DNA from: an uncultured Acidobacteriota bacterium
GTDB taxonomy: Bacteria; Acidobacteriota; UBA6911
DNA: 64,000 bases
Direction of reading: 5' to 3'
Assembly (NCBI GenBank): GCA_963827655.1
Contig: CAWHCF010000026.1
Location: 274,708 to 338,707 of the forward strand
Part shown: positions 53,991 through 63,808 of the stretch, piece by piece
Layout: the number at the start of each line of letters is the position of its first letter
How positions within the stretch are numbered: the stretch's first letter is position 1
Translations under genes and position numbers: made by a program
Notes under the pieces: model-generated
Told to the model about the DNA's origin: nothing
The model's input: only the letters and a program-made list of their open reading frames with translations
Database searches by the model: none

Positions 53991-55243
53991 TAAGTCGTCA
54001 TGGCAATAAATACGGTAACCAAAAAGTAATTGAAAGACGCCCCGCATCTGACATCCTCATGACCCAGCGGAGGCGTGAAAATGCCGAAAGAGTGGCCATA
54101 CAAGATCCTTCTTTCCTCAGAGGAGAAGCGCGAGTTAACCGCAAGGGCCGCAAAATATTCGTTACCGTATTTTCAGGTTCAACGATCAAAGATGATTCTG
54201 TTGGCGGCTCAGGGCTTGGATAGCAATGAGATTGCTCGTCGCCTCGACACTCGAAGGAAGGTTGTTTGGTTGTGGTGCAAACGGTTTTACGAAAAGCGAC
54301 TCCAGGGCCTGGACGAGCTCCCTCGCCCGGGTCGCCCCCGGGCTTTTCCCCCCAGAGATCGTAGTTCAGGTAAAGGCTCTGGCGTGTGAGTTGCCGTCTA
54401 CTTATCACATCCCGCTTTCGCGTTGGAGCAGAGCGGATTTGGCGGCTCAAGTGCGTCAATCCGGATTGGTCGCAAGTATTAGTGGAACCACCGTATGGCG
54501 ATGGCTTAACGAGGATGTGATTCGACCTTGGTACCACCGATGCTGGATTTTCCCTCGCGACCCAATGTTCGGAGAGAAAGCGGGCCGGATTCTCGATCTT
54601 TACGAGAGAATCTGGAAAAAAGAGCGCTTGAAGGATGACGAGTTCGTTTTGTCTGCCGACGAGAAAACCAGCATCCAAGCACGGGCCCGAAAACACAAAA
54701 CGCTTCCGCCAAGATCTCGTTCTGCAATGAAGGTGGAGCATGAATACAAACGGTGCGGTGCTTGGGCCTATCTGGCCGCTCTCGATGTTCACAGGGCCAA
54801 ACTGTTCGGCAGATGCGAACCTAAGAACGGGATTGAGCCCTTTGATAGGTTGGTTGGGGATGTAATGGCACAATTGCCCTATCGCGAGGCACGACGTGTC
54901 TTTTGGGTCCTCGACAATGGTACCGCGCACCGAGGGCAACGTTGTGCAACACGGCTGCAGGCGAAACACCCTAACGTGGTTGTGGTCCATGGACCTGTTC
55001 ACGCGAGTTGGCTCAACCAAATTGAGATCTATTTCTCCGTCCTGCAACGCAAGGCACTAACACCAAACGACTTTTCTTCTCTCGAGGCCCTCAAAGAACG
55101 GATCATGGGCTTTCAATCGCACTACGAAAAAACGGCAAAACCATTCGAGTGGAAATTCACCCGTTGTGATCTGGCTAGGCTACTCGAAAAAATGCGTGTT
55201 GCCGCTTAAGTTTTGGTTACCGTATTTATGAACCAGAGTACTA
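53991..55243 (+). mobile_element. IS630 family insertion sequence
   Basis: TA at both ends (53991-2, 55242-3); 19-bp inverted repeat ATAAATACGGTAACCAAAA (54006-24 / 55211-29); absent from the matching site in copy A (~41240). Confidence 0.92.
54075..55209 (+). CDS. IS630 transposase in two frames joined at TTTTCCCCCC (54344-54353)
   Basis: HTH ORF ending PRPGRPRAFPP; DDE ORF with DEKTSIQAR, LDNGTAH, SWLNQIEIYFS. Confidence 0.88.
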
Positions 55244-55244
55244 A

Positions 55245-55385
55245 GGCGGTAGCGAGCTCTGAACCTTACACGCATCTTGTATTGGTCCAGAACCAACGGT
55301 TACGCCAGCTCGCGCCCCCTCCGGGGCGAAATCGCCGAGCCCGATGAGATGCCTGTTAAGGTTAAGAGCGAGCTACCGCACTCAT
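55245..55385. mobile_element. MITE-like element nested in a REP hairpin
   Basis: Inverted ends GCGGTAGCGAGCTC.GAACCTTACACGCATCT / AGATGCCTGTTAAGGTTAAGAGCGAGCTACCGC; the ~115-nt interior is absent at 41243-41266. Confidence 0.65.
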
Positions 55386-55595
55386 CCACACCTTCGGAAC
55401 GATTGTTTCGTTGCTATTGCCTTGACCTGTACCGCGGGGAGGCGTATGAGCTTCAATTCAGAACTCCTTTCTTTGTCAAAACGGCTTGCGATGGCGCTCG
55501 TCGCGCCGCTGGTGGAACTGGAATAAGAGCGCGGTACGGAAGCAGCTCCGTTCCGCGCCCCTGCGCTGCCGCAGGTTCACATTCGAGGGGAGCCA

Positions 55596-58577
55596 ATGAA
55601 CAGAAAAAACGGTGTGGGTCAGTCTATCCTGCTCAGTATCCTGCTCTTGATATTCGCGGCGCACGGCCAGGCACAGGTCACGACAGCGACGATCGAGGGC
55701 CTTGTCGTGGATCCCACCGGCGCCGCTATTCCGGGCGCCGCCGTCAGTGTAGCCAACCAGGGGACCGTCCTGAAGAAGAGTGCGATTGCGAACGAGCGCG
55801 GCGAGTTCACCGTCACGTTCCTGCCGCCCGGAATCTACACGATCAATATCGAGGTGTCCGGTTTCAAGGCGCACCGTCAGACCGACCTCGAGTTGGTCGC
55901 CGGACAGAAACTTCGACACGACTTCAAGCTCGAGCTCGGCACGATCGGCGAGCAGGTGACGGTGAGCGCCGAGCCGCCTCTCGTCAACGCCATGAGCGCG
56001 CAGCAGGACATCAACCGCACCGAAACCGAGGTGAAAGAGCTGCCGCTCGCGCGGCGGGATCTCAGGAACATACTCAACCTCGGGACCGGGATCTCCGCCC
56101 AGACCGACGTGGGAGTCTCGATGAATGGACTGCCACCCCGCGGCTTCCTTTTCACCATCGACGGCATCAACGCCGCTGGTGACGCCGAGCTTCGCTCGCT
56201 CGGCCTGTATCAGGACTTCAACATCATCAAAGGCGTCAGCATCGAAGCGGTGGAGCAGGTGCAGGTCGCCAAGAGCATTTTTTCAGCGGACGTCGCCAAC
56301 ACGGTGGGTGGCAACGTCAACCTCATCACCAAGAAGGGGACGAATCAGCTTCATGGGAGCGTGTTCGAGAACTACCAGGCCGGCGGCCTGAATGCCCGCA
56401 ACCAGTTTGCAACCACGCCCGAGTCTCTGGTCTTCCATCAGTTCGGCGGATCGCTCGGCGGCCCGATTCGCAAAGACTCGATGTTCTTTTTCGGCGCCTT
56501 TGAAGGATATCGGCTGACGGCCCAGCGGGCGCTCACAGGCTTCGTGCCGACCCAGGAATATCGAGACCTGGCCATTAAAGGAACTCCAGAGATGAAGGAG
56601 GCGCTGGATTTCATTCCCCTTCCGACCGATCCTTATCCTCCGGGATCGGATACCGGGTTCTACCGTGGCCGAGGCGCGGCAAAAGAGACCGAGAACCACG
56701 CTGTGGTCCGGTGGGATTGGAACGTCACTCCGGTCAACCTCCTGACTGCTCGTTACAAGCGCGGTCGACCCTACACGCTCTCGCCCCGCGTAGTAACCGC
56801 AAATGAGCAGACGCAGGTCGGAGTGGACGAGAGTATAGTCACCAGCTTCCTGCACGTCGCACCCGGCTGGAGCTCCGAAACGAGGGGCGGTTATAACCGG
56901 GACGATATGGATCGCATCGACGGCTTGTACAACTACGGCATTACGACGATCGCGGCGCCCAACGTCGCCTTCGGTGACGGCCGCGTGTTCATCAAGTCGG
57001 GTTCCACTTCGACGATCGACCAGAACTTCGCTCTCACACGAGGTCGTCACGCGCTCAAGGTCGGCGGCACATATCAACTGTTGTATGTGCGCCGGCAGGA
57101 CCAGGCCATTCCTACCTTCACGTATCAGACACGGGCCGATTTCATCGGCGGGATACCCCTGTCGGCATCGTACCGGTTCGGGCTGGACCCCTGGCAGATG
57201 ACCTCCTGGCAACTCGGTGCCTTTATTCAGGACGACATCAAAATCAATCGCAGGTTGGTTTTGAACCTGGGCTTCCGTTACGACTACTACTCCGTTCCGC
57301 GGGAGCGAGACAATCGCATATTCAACCACGACGGGCCAGGCGGCCCGTTCCGGCCCCCGGACTCAGCCTGGAACGCCCAGTACAAGAATTTCTCCCCTCG
57401 GATAGGCCTCGCGTTGAGGCTGGACGAGGAGGGGAAAACCGTCCTCAGGAGCGGCTTCGGGATCTTCTTCAGCAGTCAGAACCTCTTCTCCGGGCCGGTG
57501 GAGACGGTCCGGAACGGGCCCGGCATTCCCACGAGCGTCACTTTCAGTCAGGCCGAACTGACGCGGTATGGCCTGAACTATCCGGATGGGGATGAGGAGG
57601 CACTCGCCTTCTTGACGGCCTCGCCGATCAACACGGACCTGACTGTCGATCCGAACTGGAAGAACCCGTACAGCCAGCAGTGGACGCTCGGTATCCAGCG
57701 ACAGTTGACCGGGACAATGGTCTTCGACGTGGCTTACGTCGGCAGCCACGCGCTGCGTCTGCCGTACAGCCCGAGCTGGAATCGCGTGGACCGCGTCACG
57801 GGCCTGCGCCCGATTCCCGGTTTCGGGGCATTTGACTACTATCAACCCGCGGATTCCAGCAACTACAACTCGTTGCAGACGTCGCTTCAGAAACGGTTCT
57901 CGCACAACTTTAATCTCAACGTGAACTACACCTGGGCTAGCAACCTCGCCTACTTCCGTGGCGATATGCACTGTTGTGGCGCAGGGGAGCAACCTCAGGA
58001 CCTGAACAACCTGCGGGCGAACCGGGGACCGACGACCTTCTTCGTCCAGCATGCATTCCGGAGCAACTGGATCTACGAGCTTCCGTTCGAGAGCTTGTCG
58101 AAGAGCAGGAGCCGGGTCTCCACCCTGGTGCTAGGCGGGTGGCAGGTGAGCGGGATCCTGATCGCCCAGACCGGCCAGTCTTTCGACGTTTCTCAAACCT
58201 CTGCCGTAACCGCCCGTCCGGATGTCGTGAGTCCGAACGTGTATACCAGCGATTGGAAAACGACCTTGCAGTACCTGAATCCCGCCGCATTCATGCGCGT
58301 GGCGGTCGATCCCGTCTCGAGGGCGACGGTTCGGCCCGGGAGCCTGGGACACCGCGCCCTGTTCCAGCCTGGCTACTGGACTGCAGATCTCGCGTTATCC
58401 AAACGGCTCCGGCTCAACGAGAGAGTCAATCTGCAGATTCGGGCCGACCTGTTCAACGCCTTCAACAAGACCTTCTTCGCCGGCGTCACGAGCGGCATCG
58501 ACTCGACGTCCTTCGGACGGTTCACCAGCAGCCGCGGAGCGAGAGTCGTCCAGCTGAATACCCGGCTCCAGTTCTGA
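55596..58577 (+). CDS. TonB-dependent receptor (copy B)
   Basis: 993 aa; only a few substitutions relative to copy A. Confidence 0.92.
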   Translation: MNRKNGVGQSILLSILLLIFAAHGQAQVTTATIEGLVVDPTGAAIPGAAVSVANQGTVLKKSAIANERGEFTVTFLPPGIYTINIEVSGFKAHRQTDLELVAGQKLRHDFKLELGTIGEQVTVSAEPPLVNAMSAQQDINRTETEVKELPLARRDLRNILNLGTGISAQTDVGVSMNGLPPRGFLFTIDGINAAGDAELRSLGLYQDFNIIKGVSIEAVEQVQVAKSIFSADVANTVGGNVNLITKKGTNQLHGSVFENYQAGGLNARNQFATTPESLVFHQFGGSLGGPIRKDSMFFFGAFEGYRLTAQRALTGFVPTQEYRDLAIKGTPEMKEALDFIPLPTDPYPPGSDTGFYRGRGAAKETENHAVVRWDWNVTPVNLLTARYKRGRPYTLSPRVVTANEQTQVGVDESIVTSFLHVAPGWSSETRGGYNRDDMDRIDGLYNYGITTIAAPNVAFGDGRVFIKSGSTSTIDQNFALTRGRHALKVGGTYQLLYVRRQDQAIPTFTYQTRADFIGGIPLSASYRFGLDPWQMTSWQLGAFIQDDIKINRRLVLNLGFRYDYYSVPRERDNRIFNHDGPGGPFRPPDSAWNAQYKNFSPRIGLALRLDEEGKTVLRSGFGIFFSSQNLFSGPVETVRNGPGIPTSVTFSQAELTRYGLNYPDGDEEALAFLTASPINTDLTVDPNWKNPYSQQWTLGIQRQLTGTMVFDVAYVGSHALRLPYSPSWNRVDRVTGLRPIPGFGAFDYYQPADSSNYNSLQTSLQKRFSHNFNLNVNYTWASNLAYFRGDMHCCGAGEQPQDLNNLRANRGPTTFFVQHAFRSNWIYELPFESLSKSRSRVSTLVLGGWQVSGILIAQTGQSFDVSQTSAVTARPDVVSPNVYTSDWKTTLQYLNPAAFMRVAVDPVSRATVRPGSLGHRALFQPGYWTADLALSKRLRLNERVNLQIRADLFNAFNKTFFAGVTSGIDSTSFGRFTSSRGARVVQLNTRLQF

Positions 58578-58631
58578 GCGTCGCGCTTTCGCTCCAAATG
58601 GCGCAATGGACTCCAGGATGAGGGAAATGCC

Positions 58632-59732
58632 ATGACGACAACCAGACGAATCTTCATCGTGTCGCTCGCCCTGGCCTGCGTCTCGGGCTACCAGAGGTCG
58701 CCGGGCCCCGCGCATGTGATCGTGTCCAAGGAACCGGGGCGATTCGGCGGCTGGCCGGCCAACAACGGGATCTGGTCGTGGGGGAACGAAATCGTCGTCG
58801 GCTTCGTGTGGGGATACTTCAAGAACACCGAAAGAGGGCACGCCATCGACGGAGAGAAGCCGTCTCCGCTGCGCTTTGCGCGCAGCCTCGATGGTGGCGA
58901 AACCTGGCGAGTCGAGGTGCCGTCGTTTCTGGATGACCAGGGCGGAGAGAGGGATCCGCTCGATTATCCCGGCGGGATCGACTTCAGCAATCCGGATTTC
59001 GCCATGCGGGTGCGGATGAATGCAAACGGCTCCGCCCCCTCGCGCATCTATTACTCGACCGACCGCTGCAAGACCTGGCAAGGCCCCTACAAGCTCCCGA
59101 TGTTCGGGCAGAAGCGGATCATGGCGAGGACGGATTATCTGGTCAACGGGCCGGGCGATCTGATGGCCTTCGTCACCGCCTCGAAGCAGGACGGCAGGGA
59201 GGGACGAGTCTTCTGCACGCGAACCACCGACGGCGGCAAGACGTGGGAGTTCGTCTCGTGGATCGGCCCTGAACCCAAGGGCTTCTCGATCATGTCGGCT
59301 TCGGTCCGGCTTTCACCGTCGAGGATATTGAGCACCATCCGGTGCAAGGAAGGGCCTTCGCACTGGATCGAAGGGTGGTTGTCGGAAGATAACGGGAAAA
59401 GCTGGAACTTTCTCAACCGGCCTGCGGAGTCGACCGGGGGGTCGCAGGGAAATCCCTCGAGCTTGACCAGACTGAAAGACGGCCGTCTGGCGATCACTTA
59501 TGGGTATCGCTCGGAACCCTTTGGGATGCGGGCCCGGCTGAGCAGCGACGAAGGCCGCACTTGGGGCACGGAGCGCATCCTGCGCGACGATGGAGGGTGC
59601 TGGGATCTGGGATATCCCAGGAGCGTTCAGCGGCCCGACGGGAAGATCGTCACGGTCTATTACTTCAACGACCGGAAGGACAGCGAGAGGTACATCGCGG
59701 CGACGATCTGGGATCCTGGGAGCGGACAGTAG
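58632..59732 (+). CDS. Secreted BNR/Asp-box (sialidase-fold) protein (copy B)
   Basis: Three amino-acid differences seen relative to copy A. Confidence 0.85.
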   Translation: MTTTRRIFIVSLALACVSGYQRSPGPAHVIVSKEPGRFGGWPANNGIWSWGNEIVVGFVWGYFKNTERGHAIDGEKPSPLRFARSLDGGETWRVEVPSFLDDQGGERDPLDYPGGIDFSNPDFAMRVRMNANGSAPSRIYYSTDRCKTWQGPYKLPMFGQKRIMARTDYLVNGPGDLMAFVTASKQDGREGRVFCTRTTDGGKTWEFVSWIGPEPKGFSIMSASVRLSPSRILSTIRCKEGPSHWIEGWLSEDNGKSWNFLNRPAESTGGSQGNPSSLTRLKDGRLAITYGYRSEPFGMRARLSSDEGRTWGTERILRDDGGCWDLGYPRSVQRPDGKIVTVYYFNDRKDSERYIAATIWDPGSGQ

Positions 59733-59737
59733 CGCCG

Positions 59738-60688
59738 TCAGCTTTTCCCGGCACTGGCGATACGCGACTTCAGCTCCGCCTTCTCCTCGGTTTTCAGCTC
59801 CATGAACGGAGGCCTGCAATAGGTCTCCCGCAGCCCGAGCTCGCCCAGGGCGAACTTCATCTTGGGGATATCACTGGGAAAAACTTTCGCGGCTGCGTCG
59901 AGCCGCGCCTGCGCTGCAGCCAGATCGTTGCCGGCGCGGTGCTCCCGGAAAACGGCCGCGGTTTCTGCCGGGATGACATTCCCGTTGCCTGTGATGGCGC
60001 CACCGCCGCCGCTCTGAAGCGCCATGCTGATCAGCCGGGGCGACCCCGTCAGGATTTTGAGCTTGGGAAACTCCTTTATGAAGTCGAGCAAGCCTTGCTG
60101 ATTGCCGGAGGAATCCTTGATGCCGTAGAGCTTCTCGTACCGCGACAGGCGTCGAACCAGCTCCGGTGTGATGGGGACCCCGCTGGTTGCCGGGATGTGG
60201 TAGAGCAGCACGGGTATCCGGGCCTTCTCGAGCACGGGAACGTAGAAGGCTTCCAGTCCCTCCACGCTCGGATTCTTGTAATAGTAGGGAGGAAGGACCA
60301 GCGCTTTGTCCGCCCCCGCGCGCGCGGCGTGATCCAGCAGCTCCAGGGTCTCGGGAAGATTCGGGGTCGCGACGTGGCACATCACGTCGAGGTTTCCGCG
60401 GTGCTGGACCATCACCTCCAGAATCTTTTTGCGCTCGGCAACCGAGAACGAGCTGAACTCTCCCGTGGTTCCCAGCACGAGAACACCATCGACGCCGTGG
60501 CTCTGCAAATAGGCGAGGAGGTCGCGCGCGAGCCCCCCGTCGAATGCTCCCTTCCGGTCGACCGGGGTCAGCGCAGCCACGTAGAACTGCGGTCCTGACC
60601 GCGCCGGTTTCGGGACGGCCCAACCGGCGGCTTGCGCAACGGTGACAGCCCCCAGACTGCTCAAGAAAGTTCGGCGGGTTGCCTGCAT
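59738..60688 (-). CDS. DHDPS/NanA family aldolase with Tat signal (copy B)
   Basis: One amino-acid difference seen relative to copy A. Confidence 0.88.
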   Translation of the reverse strand: MQATRRTFLSSLGAVTVAQAAGWAVPKPARSGPQFYVAALTPVDRKGAFDGGLARDLLAYLQSHGVDGVLVLGTTGEFSSFSVAERKKILEVMVQHRGNLDVMCHVATPNLPETLELLDHAARAGADKALVLPPYYYKNPSVEGLEAFYVPVLEKARIPVLLYHIPATSGVPITPELVRRLSRYEKLYGIKDSSGNQQGLLDFIKEFPKLKILTGSPRLISMALQSGGGGAITGNGNVIPAETAAVFREHRAGNDLAAAQARLDAAAKVFPSDIPKMKFALGELGLRETYCRPPFMELKTEEKAELKSRIASAGKS

Positions 60689-60802
60689 GGTGTCTTCCTC
60701 CTCGTTGTGATGTCCGGCACGATCGAATCAGCGACGTCCGCTCTTCGGCGTCGCAGCCGCGGGCGCCGAAGCGCTTTGCGCGTGCCCGGATGGCTTATGC
60801 GT

Positions 60803-60849
60803 GTTTGTACCGCGAAGGCGTGACCGGAACAAGCGAATTCCCGCAGTAG
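60803..60849 (-). promoter_or_regulatory. ~44-bp promoter-like direct repeat, copy 3 of 3
   Basis: Same 24-bp core as 46701 and 48322. Confidence 0.6.
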
Positions 60850-60954
60850 TCCCGATTGCCCAGTTTGAAATCCGGTGCGTGAAGCTGCGTTCGTGACGCG
60901 ACCGCGACACAAAAACTGCTGGAGCCGGATGACATGGGCGATTAGAATAGCCGT

Positions 60955-61191
60955 ATGACGAGAGCCTACGAGGAAGTCATCGATTTCATCGCAGCCGGAA
61001 CCACTCCGACCCGTGTAGCAAATTTCGAGGCCTCACCATCCGTCAAGGAACGGGCGGCCGATTTGATCCTGAGAGAGAAGACTACTGGTCTTTCTCCCGA
61101 TGAGAAATCGGAGCTGGATCACTACATGGAGCTGGAGCACATCATTCGATTGGCCAAGGCCCGGGCGCGCCAGTATCTTGGCCAAGAGTGA
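60955..61191 (+). CDS. Small helical protein, putative antitoxin partner of the HNH nuclease
   Basis: L..REKT.GLS.DEKSELDHY..LEH..RLAKARA; overlaps the HNH gene. Confidence 0.7.
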   Translation: MTRAYEEVIDFIAAGTTPTRVANFEASPSVKERAADLILREKTTGLSPDEKSELDHYMELEHIIRLAKARARQYLGQE

Positions 61192-61606
61192 ACGCATTGG
61201 CAACGAGATCCGTAACCTTGTTGCCACCCGCGCCGAACAACGCTGTGAGTACTGTCTCATCCATGAAGACGACACCTTTCTGGGGTGCGAGGTTGATCAC
61301 ATTATTAGCCTGAAGCACGCTGGCCCAGATGACCCTGGCAATCTGGCTTTTGCTTGCGTCTTTTGCAATCGCCATAAGGGAAGTGACATTGCTTCAATCT
61401 TCCCCCCAACAGGCGAATTAGTTCGTCTATTCAATCCTCGCGAGGATCGCTGGGCCGATCACTTCCGGATTGACGGTGCCCGGATCCTGTCTCTAACGAA
61501 GATCGGAGAAGTTACTGCTCGAATCCTCGGCTTCAACTTCGCAGAACGAATTCTAGAACGGCAGGCATTGCTCTCCTCCGGTCGTTACCCACGCCCAACT
61601 CACTAA
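61178..61606 (+). CDS. HNH endonuclease
   Basis: RCEYC, EVDHII..KH.G, NLAFAC.FCN.HKGS, LFNPR.D.W.DHF. Confidence 0.88.
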   Translation: MAKSERIGNEIRNLVATRAEQRCEYCLIHEDDTFLGCEVDHIISLKHAGPDDPGNLAFACVFCNRHKGSDIASIFPPTGELVRLFNPREDRWADHFRIDGARILSLTKIGEVTARILGFNFAERILERQALLSSGRYPRPTH

Positions 61607-61732
61607 CCGCATCCATCGGCCTTGCCACTCGACTAGCTCGGGCGCGATCCTACGGGTCTTGATCACCTGTGTCGAACCCGGGAGGCGTTTCAGGTCGCTC
61701 GGGGCGGATGGTAATCACGCGTCCTCCAGTCG

Positions 61733-61835
61733 GCCAAACGTTCGGCATCAGCCGCGGCCGGCGCGCTGTCATCCTTTTGACATCGGACAAGTGCGCACTT
61801 TCGCGCTGCCGGCGGCTGCATGCAGTTCGTTAGAC
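61733..61835 (-). mobile_element. Integron attC site
   Basis: Minus strand GTCTAAC (contains the upstream gene's TAA)...ATGCAGCCG...CGGCTGATGCCGAAC-GTTTGGC; 103-bp imperfect palindrome. Confidence 0.75.
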
Positions 61836-62111
61836 CGCCGCCTCAAGAAGAACCCGCGGGTTCTTGTGTGCGATTGCGAGGAGCGCGCGGGCCGGTCCTG
61901 ACGGAACGCGGCGCCCCTGCTCCCACTCCTGCAACGTTCGCACGGAAACACCGAGTAACCGCGCAAACTCCGATTGGGACAACCCTACCCGAGCCCGGGT
62001 TTCTGAAACCGGAGGAACCGTGACGACACGGCCGATTTCCCCGCGTTTGAGCTGACGAATCCCTTCCAGGATTTCAGCGCCAATATCGCGTGAGCGCTTC
62101 TTATGGGACAT
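61830..62111 (-). CDS. HigA-like Xre/Cro HTH antitoxin
   Basis: GLSQSEFARLLGVSVRTLQEWEQGRR.PSGPARALL. Confidence 0.88.
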   Translation of the reverse strand: MSHKKRSRDIGAEILEGIRQLKRGEIGRVVTVPPVSETRARVGLSQSEFARLLGVSVRTLQEWEQGRRVPSGPARALLAIAHKNPRVLLEAAV

Positions 62112-62430
62112 CTTGCATCAATCTTCCATCAACCGACATTCTTGCGGAGAACATGGGCGGGAATCTTGTCCGCCACATTCTTTGCATAAAGCGTAAGCAT
62201 CCAAATGACTCCAGGCCGCGTGCGCCCGTAGTAGATCACGCGAAGGCCACCCCGTTAGCCCGGCCACAAAGGCTCACCGGAGCTTACGCACTCCACCACT
62301 GCCAGGAATCGGGCGCCCGCTTCTGGGTCATTCTCGATAAGGCCGCCTGCTCGCAGCTTGAGGTACTCATCCTCGGAGAGGTGATCATAGACAAGGCGAC
62401 TAAATAATGGAGTCTCGACGCACGCAAACA
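62105..62430 (-). pseudogene. RelE/HigB-like toxin, multiply frameshifted
   Basis: Fragments VETPLFSRLVYDHLSEDEY, PGSGGVRKLR, GGLRVIYY and IWMLTLYAKN lie in different frames. Confidence 0.7.
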
Positions 62431-62475
62431 CAAACCAAGTATACGGCAGAGACGGACATCATGCTACAGGGACAA

Positions 62476-62582
62476 GCGTGATCGCGATGAGCGGCGGCCG
62501 GCGACAATCGAGGTGTACCCACAAAGGTCAAACAAGACGGCTGCCAAGGCTTCCGGTCGACCGCTCGAGCGCAAAGTTGGGC
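62476..62582 (-). mobile_element. Degenerate attC-like site (copy of 49004-49115, distal core box lost)
   Basis: Direct alignment with the copy A site. Confidence 0.5.
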
Positions 62583-62590
62583 GGCTCAGC

Positions 62591-62863
62591 TCACCGCTGG
62601 TCTTTCGCATTCGGCCGCCGTGCCGGGACACCCGTCAGCATTCCCTGGGCGCTGAGGTCTTCATCGATATCCGGCCAATGCACTCCCTGGCCATCACCAA
62701 TGATCTCGTAGTGCGCCCTTTGTTCGGGCGTAGCGTCCGAGAGCCGCCATGACCATGCCAGTGGAACACTCACCGTCCGACCATCTACGAGTTCGAATGT
62801 GATCCTGTCATCCGTCACTGACACTGCCTTTACACGCGGTTCGATGCTAATTACAGTGCTCAT
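62591..62863 (-). CDS. DUF2442 family protein (copy B)
   Basis: Same motifs as 49119..49397. Confidence 0.85.
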   Translation of the reverse strand: MSTVISIEPRVKAVSVTDDRITFELVDGRTVSVPLAWSWRLSDATPEQRAHYEIIGDGQGVHWPDIDEDLSAQGMLTGVPARRPNAKDQR

Positions 62864-63083
62864 CCCATGCCTCGATAATCTTCGCCAGGCTGGAGCGAAT
62901 CTCGTTCCGAATCGTTGTCAACTCACGCGGTGAGAACCCATGATTCGAGCAGAGTTCAACGGGCTCTAACCAAAACTTGGAAATCATGTTCTCCCGGCGG
63001 ACGTGGATGTGCTTGGGCTCATTACAGTCAAAGCTGTAGAAGAAGAATCGATAGGGTCCCGCAATGTCCTTGATGCGCGGCAT
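62847..63083 (-). CDS. DUF4160 family protein
   Basis: GPYRFFFYS.D..EP.HIHV...KFWLEP...AWDEH. Confidence 0.85.
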   Translation of the reverse strand: MPRIKDIAGPYRFFFYSFDCNEPKHIHVRRENMISKFWLEPVELCSNHGFSPRELTTIRNEIRSSLAKIIEAWDEHCN

Positions 63084-63242
63084 GCACTTTCATTCATTTC
63101 GCGGAGTCCGAACACGGCTTACTTTAGCACACCGACGGTAGAGAGCTAGCGTACAAGTTTCTTTCCGGAGTCGCTTGCCGGAATGACATTGGCAGGAGAT
63201 GCACAGAGACTCATCGACCGTGCGCCCCTTCTACTGATAGTT

Positions 63243-63355
63243 TTTGAGCTGCCGGCGATGAGTTCAAGCTTCTCGATCTTGAAGGAAAGAGGACGATAGT
63301 CGTCGTTCCCCACGACGCTGACGAGGCACGAAATAGGAGCTTGAATTGATACGCG
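63243..63355 (-). pseudogene. 3' remnant of GT2 gene (copy of 49681-49790)
   Basis: GNDDYRPLSFKIEKLEL is shared with the 49681 gene. Confidence 0.75.
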
Positions 63356-63496
63356 CGCTTCGGTGCTCAAGTTTGTGAGACCCGATTGCCTCGGCCTTAC
63401 AGACGGGCTACGCGGTGGCGGCCTTCCCCCAGCGCAGATCCATGTCGCAACTTTGAGTTGCCGCGCTTAGACGCGTACTTGACTTGTGCTTTCAAT

Positions 63497-63513
63497 GTGA
63501 TTACCGTAATCAC
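63497..63513. promoter_or_regulatory. Palindromic operator of the mazEF-like pair
   Basis: GTGATTAC-C-GTAATCAC, 22 nt upstream of ATG 63536. Confidence 0.7.
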
Positions 63514-63535
63514 GGATTTTTCAGGAGCGCTTGTT

Positions 63536-63808
63536 ATGGAAAGGAAACTTCAGGTCAAGAGACGCAAGAGGATAAGGCTCGTTGCAATTGGAAACTCAAG
63601 AGGAATTCGTCTCCCTAAAGAAACGTTGTCGGAGTACGGTTTCGGCGAGTCCCTGATCATGGAAGAAACGGACAAAGGGCTTCTGCTGATGAGCGAAAGA
63701 CGCGGGAAACTGTCCTTGAAGGAGGCAGCGCGGGAAATGGCGAGTGAGAGGGAAGACTGGACTGATTTTGATGTGGCGGTCGCGGATGGCTTGGAAAGCG
63801 GCCGCTAA
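63536..63808 (+). CDS. AbrB/MazE family antitoxin
   Basis: LVAIGNSRGIRLPK. Confidence 0.85.
   Translation: MERKLQVKRRKRIRLVAIGNSRGIRLPKETLSEYGFGESLIMEETDKGLLLMSERRGKLSLKEAAREMASEREDWTDFDVAVADGLESGR

Larger units (their letters stand above)
53712..63350. repeat. Copy B of the large direct segmental duplication
   Basis: Matches 40945-49790; interrupted by IS630, a MITE and an HNH module. Confidence 0.92.

Noticed and set aside
46681-60849. CRISPR repeats or tRNA-derived att site for the 24-bp core
   Set aside because: Copies are kilobases apart; no tRNA structure or integrase recognised.
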